Under the pieces are notes generated by a model, which worked only from the letters and a program-made list of their open reading frames with translations, ran no database searches and was not told the DNA's origin. Shown in pieces: positions 27,407 through 43,900 of a stretch of DNA of 64,000 nucleotides (positions are counted from its first letter, which is position 1; every line of letters begins with the position of its first letter). The position numbers and the translations under genes were made by a program. The DNA comes from the human T2T-CHM13v2.0 reference genome, Homo sapiens, in NCBI RefSeq assembly GCF_009914755.1, contig NC_060932.1. One strand, given 5' to 3'.

Positions 27407-27574
27407 TCTTTTCAAAGTCTCTTTATATTAGAACATTCTTTAATGTTTTCTTTTGAATCATTGTAGATTCACAGGAAGTTGCAAAAATAATACCTCCAGT
27501 GTCCTCCAAAGACATCTATACAACTGTAGGACAATGTAGAAAACAGGAAATTTACGTTGGGACATTACAGTTAA

Positions 27575-27889
<315 letters not shown>

Positions 27890-28679
27890 TTATTGTGGTT
27901 TAAATTTTTAATTTGCATTTCACAAATGCCTAGAGATGTTGAATACCTTGTCATGTGCTTGTTTGCCATCCATATTTCCTCTTTGGTGAAATATCTGTTC
28001 AAGCCTTTTGCTCATATTATAATTGAATTTTTCTTTCTTTTATTTTTTAACCATTGAGTTATGATAGTTCTTTATATATTGCTGTTTGTAAGTCTTTGTT
28101 TGGTAGGTTATTTGCAAATATTATCTCCCAGTCTGTAGCTTGTGTTTCCATCCCTCTAACAGGATCTTCAACAGAACAAAAGATTTTAATTTCATTGAAG
28201 ATCAATTTATGAATTTTTGAATTTTACAGAATGTGATTTTGATGTCCTGCCTAAGAACTCTTTGTTTAGTCCTAATACTGAAGATTTGCTCCTATGTTAT
28301 CTTCTAAAAGTTTTATGCTTTACTCTTAAATCCATGATTCCTTCAGAATTAATTTTTGTATATAGTGTGAGGTTTAGATTGAGATGGCCTCCTTTTATTT
28401 CTAAAATTGAGAGTTGGGTATGAATTATTTAATAACAAGTGCTGCCATTTGGAAAAGATAAAGTCCTATTCTTATGACAAAATAAATTCCAGACAGCTCA
28501 AAGATGTAAAACACAAACGAGCACGTGAAAAAAATATTTTAACTACACTTCATCAGTGAAGGAATGCAAATCAAAATCACATTGAGACGAGCCTTTTCCA
28601 CCTTTCAGATTGACAAAGGTTAAAAAAAATGGATAATGTCCAGTGTAAGTGAGAGTGTGGAGGAACAGCTGCTCTCATA

Positions 28680-29024
28680 CAGCCATGCACTGCATCGTGA
28701 CGTTTGATCAGTGACAGACAGCATATATGACGGTGGTTCCATAAGGTTATGATACTGTATTTTTACTGTACCTTTTTATGTTTAGATATGTTTACATGCA
28801 CAAATTCTTACCATTGTATTACCTTTGCTTACAGTATTCAGTACAGTAACATGCTGTACATGTTTGTAGCCTAGGAGCAATAGGGCATACCATGTAGCCT
28901 AGGTGTGTAGTAGACTACATCCATCTAAGTTTGTGTAAGTAGCTCTATGATGTTTGCACAGCAATGAAATTGCCTAACATTGCATCTCTCAGAACATATT
29001 CTTGTCCCTAAGGATGCGTGACTG
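28680..29024 (+). mobile_element. Tigger3a/MER7-like Tc1-mariner MITE
   Basis: Ends CAGCCATGCA... and ...TGCGTGACTG; internal CAGTACAGTAACATGCTGTACA and GCCTAGGTGTGTAGTAG. Confidence 0.8.
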
Positions 29025-29871
29025 TTTTTGGATGACAACTTGGGAATATTTGTCAAAATTAAAACTGAGCATATCCTTTGACACAGCTATTCTGTGTTTG
29101 GCAATGTGCCCTAGAAGTGCACAAATACACAATGTATTGACTTGGGAACATATCTTCAATTTGGTCAGAGACTGGTTCAAGCTGCAAAGCATGTTATAGA
29201 TGAAACCCATTGTATAAAACAGCACTATAAGTTACCTATATAATGTTTTTCATTTGAACACTTTAACATACAGAATATATCAGGAACAAGATTTATACAT
29301 ATGTATTCTTTTTTTCCATAGAGTAGTTACCTCTGCTCAGTGAGATGGAGACAGTAGGTTGGGAGAGGGACAGGAGGATAGTGGAACAGGGTGTATTTCC
29401 TTGTACTCATTGATAATTTTAAAAAATGAAAAATATCAAGTTGGAGCTGAGCCTGGACTGCCCTCCTCCACCGCGTCCTCCTCAGGCCTGTGAGTGGGGC
29501 CACAGCTCGTGGTCCTCGGCCTCACCTCACTGCATCTTTTCTCCCCTTGTGCTTTGTATTTGGGGGTGTGGATGGCTCATCTTCTTTATGAGACTATGAG
29601 CTCCCTGAGAAGGGACTGTATCCTCCTCATATTTGTACCATCTCTAAAGTCTGGCTTAGTTCTCGGCATACAGAAGGCGCTCCATAAGTGCTTGCTGGCT
29701 CAATGTCCAGCTCCAGTTGTTATGACACATCTCACTGGCTAGCGGAATTATCCATAAGGGGCCAAAGGACCCCCAGGCAAATCACAGTGGAAGGCTCGTC
29801 CTCCTCCCCTTGCTGTGTTTATGCAGTTTAAACCGGGTGAAAATGTGCAAGGCAATCTGGAGACACTCAGG

Positions 29872-30402
29872 GGCTGCAGCCCAGAACAATGCCCCCTTCC
29901 AGCGATGACCAACCCCTAGTCCCCAGATTCTGTGAATATGCTATGTAAATAGACAGCGAAAGTTAATGCTGCAGATGGAATTAGGTTTGCTGGTCCGCTG
30001 ATCCTGAGATGGGAAGGTTATTCTGGATTATCCAAATGGGCCTGTTGTGTCACAGGGGTCTTTATCAGTACAAGTATGAGGCCAGAGAATCAGAGTCAGA
30101 CAAGATATGACAACTGAAGCAAGGCTAGAAAGAGTCAACTGTGGGAAAGACTCAACTGGCCCTTGCTGGCTTTGAGGGTGCAAGGAGGCCAGGAGCCAAC
30201 TGATGCAGGCAGCAGGGAAAGAAAAGAAGTGGATTCTCTCCTAGAGCCACCAGAAGGAACACAACCCTGATGACACCTTGATATTAGCCCAATAAGCCAG
30301 TGTGGGCTTCTGATCTCCAGAACCATAGCATAATAAATGTGCATTGTTTTAAGCCACTAACTTTATGGTAATTTGCCACAGCAGCACTAAGAAACTAATA
30401 TA
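29872..30402 (+). mobile_element. MaLR LTR (MLT1D/E-like)
   Basis: GATTCTCTCCTAGAGCCACCAGAAGGAAC ... GTTTTAAGCCACTAA ... GAAACTAATA. Confidence 0.8.
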
Positions 30403-30540
30403 GGGGCACTAGTAAAAGAGCAGCAGTGATGAAGGAGGCCCTACCAGCTTGAACTTGACTGCAGATGTGAACTTTGGATCCTTTTTTCCTTTTAAGTTAT
30501 AAATATCTCTTTAGACCCATGATCCCATCCCTTCATTAAA

Positions 30541-30546
<6 letters not shown>

Positions 30547-30590
<44 letters not shown>

Positions 30591-30601
30591 TGTGTGTGTG
30601 T
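30547..30601. repeat. (TG)n microsatellite
   Basis: About 21 pure TG units plus an interrupted tail. Confidence 0.95.
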
Positions 30602-31054
30602 CTGTATTTTCTTCCGGTCTTTGGCCATCTTCAATGGTAAGATAAATATAATTTTGTATCCTTTTTTCCTCCCAAATTCATATTACACATAAACATTTTA
30701 ACATTGCTCTATTACATGTTTTAGAAACCATCTAAGAGCTAGGAGGGACCTCAGGATTATCTAAGAAAATGTCTTGCTTTTCTAGGAAGGAGCCTTAAGT
30801 TTACAGAGATGACAAGAACTATAACAAAGTTGAGTCCCTAAACCTCTAGGCCCGTGGATGTCTCCACTGCATTACCCTCCATCCTTCCACCCACTCCACC
30901 TGCCTCCACTGCTACCCTCCAGGGTAGGAAGTACAACCAGAGCCCATAGAATTGGCCCCTATATGTGTGTTTGAAAATGCATCTGGGGTTTGTTTTAGTC
31001 AGGTATGGTAAGACACACAGACCCAGAAGTGACTCTCATGAAGGAAGAAGGTGT

Positions 31055-31361
<307 letters not shown>

Positions 31362-31821
31362 TGGAAGAAAGGTTTATACTCATATACCCTAGAAGCAGGG
31401 GCACAGACTGCAGGGCCACTCAGGGAAACACCAGGGTCAGTTGGGACATAGAGGGGACTTTATGGTGGTTTTAATGGAAAGGAATGGGTTAGGCGAGCAG
31501 ACAGCTACACAGATTTAGGATTGGATAGTTAGTCACAATCCTCAGCTTCCCTGTCCTCCCTCCCCTTCCTTATTGACATTCTCCCCTGCCTCTCCCGACT
31601 GGTTTGTCACTGTTCCCACTCGTGTTATGCTCAGTTCTATCAGTCCTAGGCCTTTTTGCAAGCTGCATGTACATTTCCTGTCTCTTGTTTATATTCACTG
31701 GTTCAATTTCCACCCAAAAGGCTTTGTAGCCCTCTCCAGCCTTCATTGATGGCTCTGTGGCTCATTTGGGCACATAATCTTATATTGCTTTAGAGTATTT
31801 AATCTTTTGATGCTCACCAGT

Positions 31822-32204
31822 TGTCTCAGTCTGTTTGTGCTGCTGTAACAAAATACCATAGACTAGGTAATTGATCAAGAGCAGACATTTATTTTCTCAC
31901 AGTTCTGGAGGCTGTGAAGTCCAAGATGAAGGTGCCAGCAGGTTCGGTTGTCTGGTGAGGGCTGCTCTCTGCTTCCAAGGTGGTTCCTTATGTTGAAGGC
32001 TCCAGAGGGGAGGAACGCTGTGTCCTCACATGGCAAGAGGCTGAACCCTTTGTAAAGCCACTTTCATAAGAGCCTTAATCCTATTCATGAGGGAGGAGCC
32101 CTCATGACCTAATCACCTCTTAAAGCCCCATCTCTTAATACCATCACCTTGGCCATGAAATTTCAATGCCTGAACTTTGGAGGGGACACATTCAAACCAT
32201 AGCA
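31822..32204 (-). mobile_element. MaLR solo LTR (MST-family) with perfect 5-bp TSD
   Basis: TG...CA ends; CCAGT at 31817-31821 and 32205-32209. Confidence 0.9.
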
Positions 32205-33144
32205 CCAGTTTTCTTGTAAACCTTATTGAGGCCTAGGGTTGTGTTTCAGCTTCTCTTCCTGCCCCACACCAGGACAGGGGAGAGAAGACTGACACCTGTT
32301 GAATGCTCACTCTAGGCTCACCACAGTGAGTCTATGGCTCACCATAGACATTCGATAAGCACTTCAACCCACTGGGGACTGTTTTGTGCAGAGAAGGAAG
32401 CTCAGACATGAAGGTAACATGCCCAGGTTCTCACTGTTAACCCAGGTTGTCCTGGCTTCAAAGCCCATGCCTTCCCCGTGACCCCATGCACTGGGCAAAT
32501 AGCAGGTGTTCCATAAACACCTGTCAACCTGGCTGTTTGGAAATGGCTTTGAGAACAGATCAGTCTTTTTGACAGCCTGGGTTTCATTGTTTGGGTTGAC
32601 ACTGGGAAAAGAGAAAGTATGCATCAGTTTCATAGAATGAGGAAGGCAGCCAGGACTGCGGACGACTTCCCGAGGGTTGCAGCGGTCGTCCACGGCTTCT
32701 CCAAAATTCCTAGCTTAGTTGACCCTATTTCCTGGCTTACTTCTCTTTTTCTTTTCCCAAGGGAGCCCAATAGCAGGGCCATTGAAGAATGGAACCAGAG
32801 GCAAATGACACTGCCCTCAGGCCACTTCCTTTCCTAAGTAGTTCCCCAGCAGCCCCTCCCCACTGGTCTTGCTCTGGGCCCTACATTTTTCCCTGTGGCA
32901 TTTGGTTAAGATTATTGTCATGTGTTAATATGAAAATGTGATGTGAGTTTGGCGGCACATTAAGTGATTCTCCACCATTTACACAGTGGCATGAATTAGT
33001 CTGACCTTTATTTTCCAGCTGGTGGTTGGCAGAGGGCAGAGCTGCAGGTTATGAGAGACCTGGCACAAGAGGGGAGGGTAAAGAGACCAACTGCTGGGGC
33101 AGCGCTTACACACATTGAAGATCTTGTTAAAATGTAGATTCTGA

Positions 33145-33400
33145 GGCCAGTCGTGATGTCTCACACCTGTAATCTCAGCACTTTAGGAGGCTGAGGCAGG
33201 TGGATCGCTTGAGATCAGCCTGGGCAACATGGCGATACTCCATCTCTACAAAAAACACAAAAAATTAGCTGGGCGTGGTGGCATATGCCTGTAGTCTCAG
33301 CTACTCAGGAGGCTGAGAGGGTAGGATCGCTTGAGCCTGGGAGGCAGAGGTTGCAGTGCAATCACGTCTCTGCACTCCAGCAAAAAAAAAAAAAAAAAAA
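33145..33400 (+). mobile_element. Alu (AluJ-like, internally deleted) in a MER5A-like relic
   Basis: TSD GTAGATTCTG at 33134-33143 and 33401-33410. Confidence 0.88.
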
Positions 33401-35284
33401 GTAGATTCTGCTTCGGTAGATCTGGGAGGACCCTAAGATTGTGCTTCTGAAAAACTCTCAAGTGATGCCTGTGCTACTGGTCCAGCAAACCCTCTCTCTC
33501 TTGAGTAGTGAGAGCTGAGGGCTCTGAGTGGCTCAGCCAGGGAGGGAGGGGGGCTTTATGAGGAGGAGGCAGAGGCCACTGTAGGTTCATGCAATGGTCT
33601 CCATCGTTCCTCTTGGGAACTCCAGACCTCATGAGTTTCTGTGCTCTTTATCTCTTGCTCATACCCATTCATGCTTCCTATCTCATACCTGCCAAAAGTC
33701 CTCTTCCCTTGCATCCCAGAACGCTTAAAAAATATCTGACCTTGCCACTCTGTAACTGTGTGTGCAAGCTCTCCCTGCAGGCCTTTCTGTAAGGCCAAGG
33801 CATGAAGGTTTGGGAAACGTTTGCAGCAGATAATAGCTCAACCTCATTACACCCCTTATCAATGCTATGGCCCAAGGGATCACCAGGGGGGATTTACTGG
33901 GCAATAGGAATCCAAGAGTATTTTGCTAACAGTGCCCTGGTCACCTTTCCTCACCCCTCCATGGCTGCCGGCTTCTGGAGAGCCCCAGGCTGCAGGGCTG
34001 AGTCTGCAGAAGTTTCCCTGCCCTCTCACTGGGTGGCCTTGGTCCTTCCCAGCCTGTTCAACAGCTTAACGAAGACCCTCGCCTGGGAGATACATAGGGT
34101 GTTGTTTGTCTAAGGGAGGAGGCTCTGACCTTCCCACCCTGAGCTGCCTGCCAGAGCAATTTGAGACCCTCCCTCTGCCACTCCCTGCCGCACAGTGCCC
34201 ACCATAAAGTGAAACAGGTTCTTGTAGCCTCCTGGCGCCCCAACATGATGCCTTCCCAGGTGGATGATCATCTGAGAAGGTGATGGAGCCCATTTCCAGG
34301 CACGGGGTGGGTGCAGATCCCTGTGGTGAGGGGCTGTAGGCTAGGCTTCTGCTTGGCTCTCCAGAAGATTCTACTGATCCTTGAGAGTGGACAGGACCTG
34401 GGGGACTGGAGAGGCTGCCTTACAAAGCAAACGGCTTTTTCCCTGGACTTCTGACTGCGGCTCCTCTGATGGACATTTTCCTGAAAATTATTTGGAAAAG
34501 CACAACGGTGGACCACTGGGTGGGGAGGAATTTGCTCAGCCGGGAGTTCCTATTTGGCCTGAGGCAAGTCCCATCCCTGTTGCTCCCAGGAAGGGAGGCA
34601 GGCAAGACCCTCCTGGTGTTTTCACAGCTCATAAGGGAAATGGCCACCTCAGGCATGTGGGGAAGGAAGGACAGATGCCCGAGACCACCCTGCAGCAGCG
34701 CCCTGATGCCTGAAATGCTTTGGGCATGGACAGAGCCTTTCATCCATTCATATATTTATTCAGGCTCCCTTCCCCTCTCAAGGGGCTGGGGGAGGAAAGA
34801 AGGAGATAGGGAACAAGCTGGAAGGCATGGAAGCAGGGAATGGCAGAAAGAGGAGAATGTCCAGGATCAGGAGACATTGCAGCATTCCCATTTAAACATC
34901 CACAGAATTGCATGATAAAGGCCTTAGGTATCATTGTATTAGTGGAGAAACTGAGGTTCAGATAATCTAAATGACTCACCAAAAATTACATGTCAGTGAC
35001 CAAGTCAGAACTTCGACCTATGTCTCTCAATGTGTAGGTCAGTTTTAATTCGATCTCCTAAAAAATAGGATTTTTTTTTACGCTAACATGTTTTAAACAC
35101 TTAAAAAAGTGGAGGTAATTGCTATAATTTGATTTATCTCATGTACTTTAAAAAAAAGAAACACAATGTCACAGGCACAGTCAAAGCCCCTTTCCAGTGT
35201 TTTACTTCTATGACATGGCAATGGAAATGTAAAGGACTTAAAAAAAAATCTCATTCAGATACTCTCCCTTCAAAGCCAGCAGTT

Positions 35285-35455
35285 AAGCCTGGGCAACATG
35301 GTGAAACCTCATCTCTACCAAAAGTACAAAAAAATTAGCCAGGCGTGGTGCTGCATGCCTGTGGTCCCAGCTACTGGGAGAAGGGGGATGTGTGTGGCAG
35401 GGAGGCTGAAGTGGGAGGGTTGCTTGAGTCTGGGAAGCAGAGGTTGCAGTGAGAT
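35285..35455 (+). mobile_element. Alu fragment
   Basis: AGCCTGGGCAACATGGTGAAACC...GAGGTTGCAGTGAG. Confidence 0.8.
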
Positions 35456-36499
35456 GAGGACATTAATGCATTGTAAAGCATCCCACTGATCTCATAGCCA
35501 CCAGCATCACCAATTTTATCATTAATATTTGCCACACTGAAAAACCATTGCCAACAGCAGCTATCCCTGGAGCCCTTAATCTATTGATTCAATGTCTCCA
35601 GTTCATCCCCAACTGTCAACATCCAAATAGGAAGGTAAAGGGCTTGACCTGAAAAAAGAAACCTGAATCATTGCTCAAAGTCAAATACAAAGGCTTGGAG
35701 TGGAGTCCCAAGGAGTTTGGGGGGAATTTCCTCTTTCCCGCAGTGGGAAACTGGAGGCAATGGTGTCCCCTGGTGGGCAGTTTAAGTTCTGCAAGCAATG
35801 GCTGCTGGTTGTTCCACAGGTGTTACCTCTAGCACAGATGTTCTTGAAGTTATATGCAACACTCATATGTAATGACTCGTTTGTAGATTCTGAATGCAGA
35901 CATCCCTGGATAGAGATCAGATCCCCATGGGCATCGCTGAGATCTTAGCCTTCTGAAACATCTGAAGGTGCTTTTTGGGCCAGACACTTTCCCTCCGAGT
36001 CACTCCCTCTGAGGCTGGGATGAAAATAGCAGGATCAAAAAAACACCACAATCAGAAGGCAGATGCTGGGTGCTGAATCATTAGCAAATATAGCTGTATG
36101 TTTAAGTAGTTAAAGAATAGAAGCAGCAAAGTGTAATGAATGCCAGAAGGCAACAGAATATTAATGGAAAGCAAGTGGACTTTGGAGGCTCAGCTTCTAC
36201 CTCTACCTTTAGTGATGGTGATTCTGCATAAGTTCCCTAATACTTCTGGTGTTTAGTTTCCTAATTTGGGAGTTTATTGGGCTTCACTGGATTTTAGAAT
36301 GTAGAGAGTGATTATGGTGATTAAATACTATGAAGCATGTCAAGAACTCAGCACTCGGTATGGGTTTGAACATTCATTATTTTTACCTCCTCTCCTCCTC
36401 CAATGGTTTGACTCAACTATATACCGTTATACAAACATTCATGATACTCTCACTGTCTGTATTGCCTTGTTCTGGGCAAGGAAGTGCAAGAAGGGAGAG

Positions 36500-37495
<996 letters not shown>

Positions 37496-40329
37496 AAAAT
37501 TGGCTAAAACTGATTTCTTCAATTAAGTGGCTTATGGTTTTACTGGAGAGCAATTAGGGAAACAGCCAACTGCAATCCAAGGGTGAACTATGTGCTACAA
37601 CAGGGAACAAACCATGAGCTGTGACAGCTCGGAGCACCCAGACCAGAGTCCTTGACTGGGCAACTCAGAGGACTTCCTTAGGGGTGGCATTGAACTAGGC
37701 ATGAAAGACCAAAAGAAGAAGACATGCCTTATGTGTTTTGGAATGCCAGAGGTTTGCTGACTGCAAGCAGAAAACATGCAGAACAATTTGGCAGGGAATG
37801 AGACTGGAAATGTAGGGAAGAGAAAGATTATTGAAACTTGTGTGTCTGGTTGAAGAATGCAGACTACATTTGAAAGTCTTTTCATCAGGAAACATAACTT
37901 TTAAAAAATCCTGTAGAAGAATGAGGAGTGGCTTGGAGAGAAAAAGGAATGGCTTGGCATCCAGGGATGCCAGTTAGGAGAAATTGCGCATGGTCAGGTG
38001 GGAGATAGTAACCTGGGGACCTAGCCTTCTTCTATCTTGTTGCTCTCTTATAATCTAACATAGCTGCTACTGCTCTCACCATTTCATCTGTATTCCAGCC
38101 AGCAGCAGGAAGAGAAGGAAAGTGGAGCCTGTGTCGTGGAGAGTGCCCCCCTCACATCTGCTTACATCCTTTTGGCTAGGACGTAATTATTTGGCTACCC
38201 CTCACTGCAGAAAGAGTCAGGGAAATATAATCCTTAGCTGGGAGACTGTGTGCTTAACTAAAACTCTGGGGTTCAATTACTAAAGAGGAAAGAGGGAAAA
38301 TGGACATTGGATGACAGCCAGGTTGCCTCTCATCATAAGCATCTTTTGGACAGGAATCATAATGCAGATATTCAATTAATTGAATGAATGATTGACCACA
38401 GTCAGAATAAATAGTTCCCTTCCGTGTGCTCCCATGCGATGTTTATAATGCACCTCTTCTAGTTTTCCATGTGGTATAATTAGCTGTAGAGGTGATGTTT
38501 CACCTTCCAGTTTATAATCTTCTTGAGAATAGCACTAAACGTTCTTTGCATCCATGGGTCTCTCTTGCTGTCTATGCTCCCTCTTCTCAGTGCATAGAAG
38601 AGTACTTTGCCCTAAGTAATAGTTCTCTTGTAAATATTTTTTAATGATACTGATCTTATATTCACCCACAGTGCTTTTTTTGTTATACTTGCTAATTAAA
38701 GTTAAGTTGATCTACAGAAGAATGGTTGGAAGAAGGAAACAAAGAACTTCCTTTTTCTCCATAGCCATAAATCCTGGCTGACAGAAATTCTTAGGGTCCT
38801 TGTTATCAGCGGTCAGACAATCCCTGCCAAGAGCTGGGTCCCTATCCGCACAGAGAAGGGATTTCTTCCAGAGGATCTGACTGCTCAGGAGCCAGCTAAG
38901 AGCCTGAATGTTTAATGAAGACTTTGTGAGTTCATACAAAAAGGCCAACTAGCAGCCATTCACTCATTTGATCAATCAACAAATGGTATGGGGCCCCTCC
39001 ACTATGCTGGGCACAGGGCAAGCTGGAAATACATAGGGCAGATTGACTGCTTAAAAAGAACAAACAACTGATTGTTTAAAAAGGACAACAAATATGGAGA
39101 GTCACTGAATTGTCGTGGAGACATCGGGGGTACTCCAGGATCTCATGCCGGAGGCACCTGACCCAACTGGGGCATTAAGACAGGCTCTCTACCAGGAATG
39201 TCCAGGCGAGACACCAGAGGGCTCTGCGATGGCCTGGATACGGGAGCTGTGCAAGGAAAAGATCCCCTTTGGACCACTGAAGTCCTCACTTAGGATTTCA
39301 ATCCTGCGCCCTCAAATTTCAGGCATTTAAACTGGACTGGCGATGGGAGTAAGCAGGAGTCACTGTCGCATTAATGGGAAGGAGGCAGACTTAACTGAGG
39401 CCAGCTTACAAGGACCGTCCCACAGGGAGAGAGTCCAAAGCACTCTGAGGTTTGTGCTCAGGGCTGCTGGGCATATCTTTGCTTTTCTTACAGTGGAATC
39501 TGGACTATGTCACTAAGACCACATCTTTCGTTTGGATTGTGTGGGGGTTGCTAGACAGTCTAAACAGAGGGTCAGGGAGGAAGGCAGATGGACTTCCCAG
39601 GAAGCCCTCTCCCCACTGTGGGGGGAGGTGGAACTGAGGAGGAGAAACAGTCAGGGGAATGCTCCCCACTCTGAAGAGCTGGCCATTTAAAAGCTTGAAT
39701 CAGTGTCCTCAGGGCTTCAAGGCACAGAGGAAAATGTGGACTGAACCAGGCAAGGGGAATGCAGAAGCCAGGGTCTTCGCACGTTGTTTACCCACAGGCA
39801 TCGGAAGATGCAGTTGTATCTCTCCCTTCCCTCCCCACCCTTTCTGGCATCTTGCTTCATAGCTCTCCCCTCTTCATGCTTTCCAAAGGCCTCCTACCTC
39901 TCATGCATTTTTCACTCAGCACAGAAAGAAAGTGTCACTCAATAGTCCCGTGATTTGTATGAAGACAAGAATGCCTTGTGGAGTATTCAGTGGAAGGAAC
40001 CGAGGGGCGAAAGGACAGGGAGCCCAGGGTCTATTCCCAGTTCCATCACTAACTCACAGTGTTGCTGTCACCTTTCTGACCCTTAGACTCTGACTCTGGA
40101 TGGGAGTAGTAATATATTCTGCCTTGTATGGATGGTAAGTACAGAATAAAATCATACCATAGTTCAAAGGATATGCCAATGCAAGGCTGTTATTCGTTAT
40201 ATAAAATATAAATCTATCAGAGGATGGATGCTTGCCAGCAAGTCACAAAAGTGCACGACAGCCCAGGACATATTCCAGCTATGGAATCCAGCTGTACCTG
40301 TGAGACAGGGTACCACTAACAGAAATCTG

Positions 40330-41190
<861 letters not shown>

Positions 41191-43581
41191 AAAATTAAAG
41201 GCATCTGAAATCAATAGGGAGCCACCCCAAATTAGCATAGTAGCCTCAGAGATCCATCTCCTCAATTGTATAGGTGCAGAGAATGAAGTCCAGAGAGGTT
41301 AGGAGGCTTACTCAAGGTCACAGAGCATGTTCTTAGTGGAACTGGGACTAGAATGAAAGGACTCCAAACTCAGGTTCCTCTACCTCCTCTATGTCTCTGG
41401 ACTCTTCATTAGGGGAAGGGAAAGGAAGGGAGGAGCACAGCTTTTAAGCCTGAGAATTCCCTCGTTTTGTGAAAAAGAAAAAGGGCCAGTTGGCGAGCCA
41501 ATAAAATAATAAAGAGCTGGCAGAAACATTGAGGGTTGTAAACACTTTTCAAATGGAATTTTAAAAGATTTAAATATGCCTTCCTCAAATCATAATAATG
41601 ATTTCATTTATCATAATAATGACAACATTATGAAAAATAAATACCAGAAATCTGGCAAGTCTGTGATCTAGAATTAGACTCCATCTAACTTGCAGATGGT
41701 ATCAGGATGGAGCTGGCTTGGAGTGGGGCTGGGATGGGAAAGGAAAGACAGGGAGCCAGGAAGTCTGCAACTTTATTGACTCATCCACCTGGCCTAGGTG
41801 AGACCCCTAGCCCTGGGACAGTCAGGAAAGGAACCTCTGCTATCTCTCTGAGAGCTTTTTTGTTTTGTTTAGAGGTCAATTACTTCCCATTTGGGGAACT
41901 TGTGAACATTAAGAGGTGACCGGAGTGAATGATGGAGATAAGAGGCTGATTGCTTACAGAGCGGCTCCCTGGTAAAAGCTCTGCAGAGGATAAGCAGTTG
42001 TCGGTAAGAGACACACAAAAAGGGGCAGCTTTCAGTGCAGAGGAGAGATTACGGAGATGGAAGACAGGCAGCTGGGGGTGGGCTTGATGAGCTGGGAGAG
42101 TGATGCGTTTTAAAGTGATCTTGACAGGCAGAGAGTGGGGAGATGGGGGAAGAGAATTTTTCCTTCACTCTCCTTTCCTTTAGGAATGAAATCTTTGCTG
42201 TCATGTGAATCTCAAACTTCCTTGCTGTGGTCTGAAGGAAAAGCCACGTGGATTGCACATGGACAAGGTTTTTGTTATATTTTTTTTTTTTTTTTTTGCC
42301 AGCCAGATATAGATGCCCCAGCAATCTAGGGAGCATAACAAAAAATGTGGCAGGCAAATGGAGCATCTAAAGGATCTTGGGTGTGCATGTAACTGACACC
42401 CCTTCCCACCTCCCAAACCCCTTCAGCCAACCGAGTGCAGTTTACAAAGTCCCAGAAGCTAACTTGAATTGTATCTCAAACTACTATAAAATATAGCTCT
42501 GGCTTTGGCATATACCCATGTCTTTTCTCCATTCCAAAGTCCTAGAGCTTTCCCAGAACCTCTCCCAGTAAACAGTGTCATTCCCCTGCTAATCACCAGG
42601 ATTAACCCCCATCCTCCATGTAGCCTTCTCTAAGCACCCCAGCTTGGGCTGGATTTTCTTTCTCTCTAGAGTGAGCTTAATGTCTGTCCTATTTGACATG
42701 CAGCATATACCACCTTGTATTTTTAGACACCTTCCTCATGTTGGTCTTTGCTTTCCCAATTAGAAAATACATTCCTTAAGGGTGGCAGCCAAATCTTATT
42801 TTTTTCTTGTGTCCCTAGCAGGAATGTTCAGCAATGCTTGAGTTCCTGATGATTAAACTGAGCCCCTTTCTTTCCCCCTTCACTGTGAGCCTTGACCCAA
42901 CCATCCCTGATCTTCCTGTACCTCTTCCTGCGGTCACAAAGGTGTAGAGAAGGCATGGGAGTCTTTCACTTGCCCTAACTCTGGAGACAAGGTTATTCAA
43001 AACATCACATATCTAGTAACTGCTTCTTCTGCTACTATTCTGTGTTAGAAGAGGGTGAGAGGATGAAGGAAATAACATTGATTAATTTCCTACTCTGTGC
43101 CAAGTACTTCTCAATCCATACTACAGTGACCTATATTTCTGGGGTAGGGAATTTACCCGGAGGATTTTAAACAAATTAACATATAGCATTTTAGAATCTG
43201 ATAATAGAAAAGTTTAATAAACCTCACTTAACTATTGTGGGCTGGGCAGATTATATATAACTCAGTGGCAGCGTTGGACTGCAGCTCACCTGTCATGGGT
43301 CTAAGGCTGGTGTCCAAGGGTGAAACCTCTCCTCTTGTAAGGAATGACCTCCCAAGTGAAAGGAGAGTGGTGGCACTCTATGACAATTCTCTCATGGTGG
43401 AGACTTTCATTGTAATCTCCACCTTTTTTCTCAGTTTTGTTGACCAAGTTGACTCACCAATATTCCCAAATTTAAAATAGGCATATCCACTTTTTAATCC
43501 CAGGGCACAACACTATAATTGGAAGATACTGTGAAGTGTTTCTGAACACACTTTTATTGGCAGTGAACATGGAGAAATAAG

Positions 43582-43900
43582 GGCTGGGCTTGGCTCGGTG
43601 ACTCACACCTGTAATCCCAACACTTTGAGAAGCTGAGGCGGGAGGATCGCTTGAGCCAGCCTGGGCATCACAGGGAGACCTTCTCTATATACAAAATTTA
43701 AAAAATTAGCTGGGTGTGGTGGCATGCACCTATAGTCCCAGCTGCTTGAAAGGCTGAGGTGGGAAGATGGTTCAAGCTTGGGAGGTGTAAGCTACAGTGA
43801 GCTAGGATTGGACCATGCCATTACACTCCAGCCTGGGCAATACAGCAGGCTCAATAAATAAATAAATACCCCAGCCCAATAAATAAATAAATAAATAAAC
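43582..43900 (+). mobile_element. Alu (AluJ-like) with a (TAAA)n tail
   Basis: Diverged dimeric Alu. Confidence 0.85.

Noticed and set aside
26378-27431. Pair of homologous 77- and 86-aa ORFs as a novel micropeptide family
   Set aside because: The similarity is fully explained by the DNA inverted duplication; many replacement changes, a frameshifted tail and no domain. Kept only as evidence for the palindrome.
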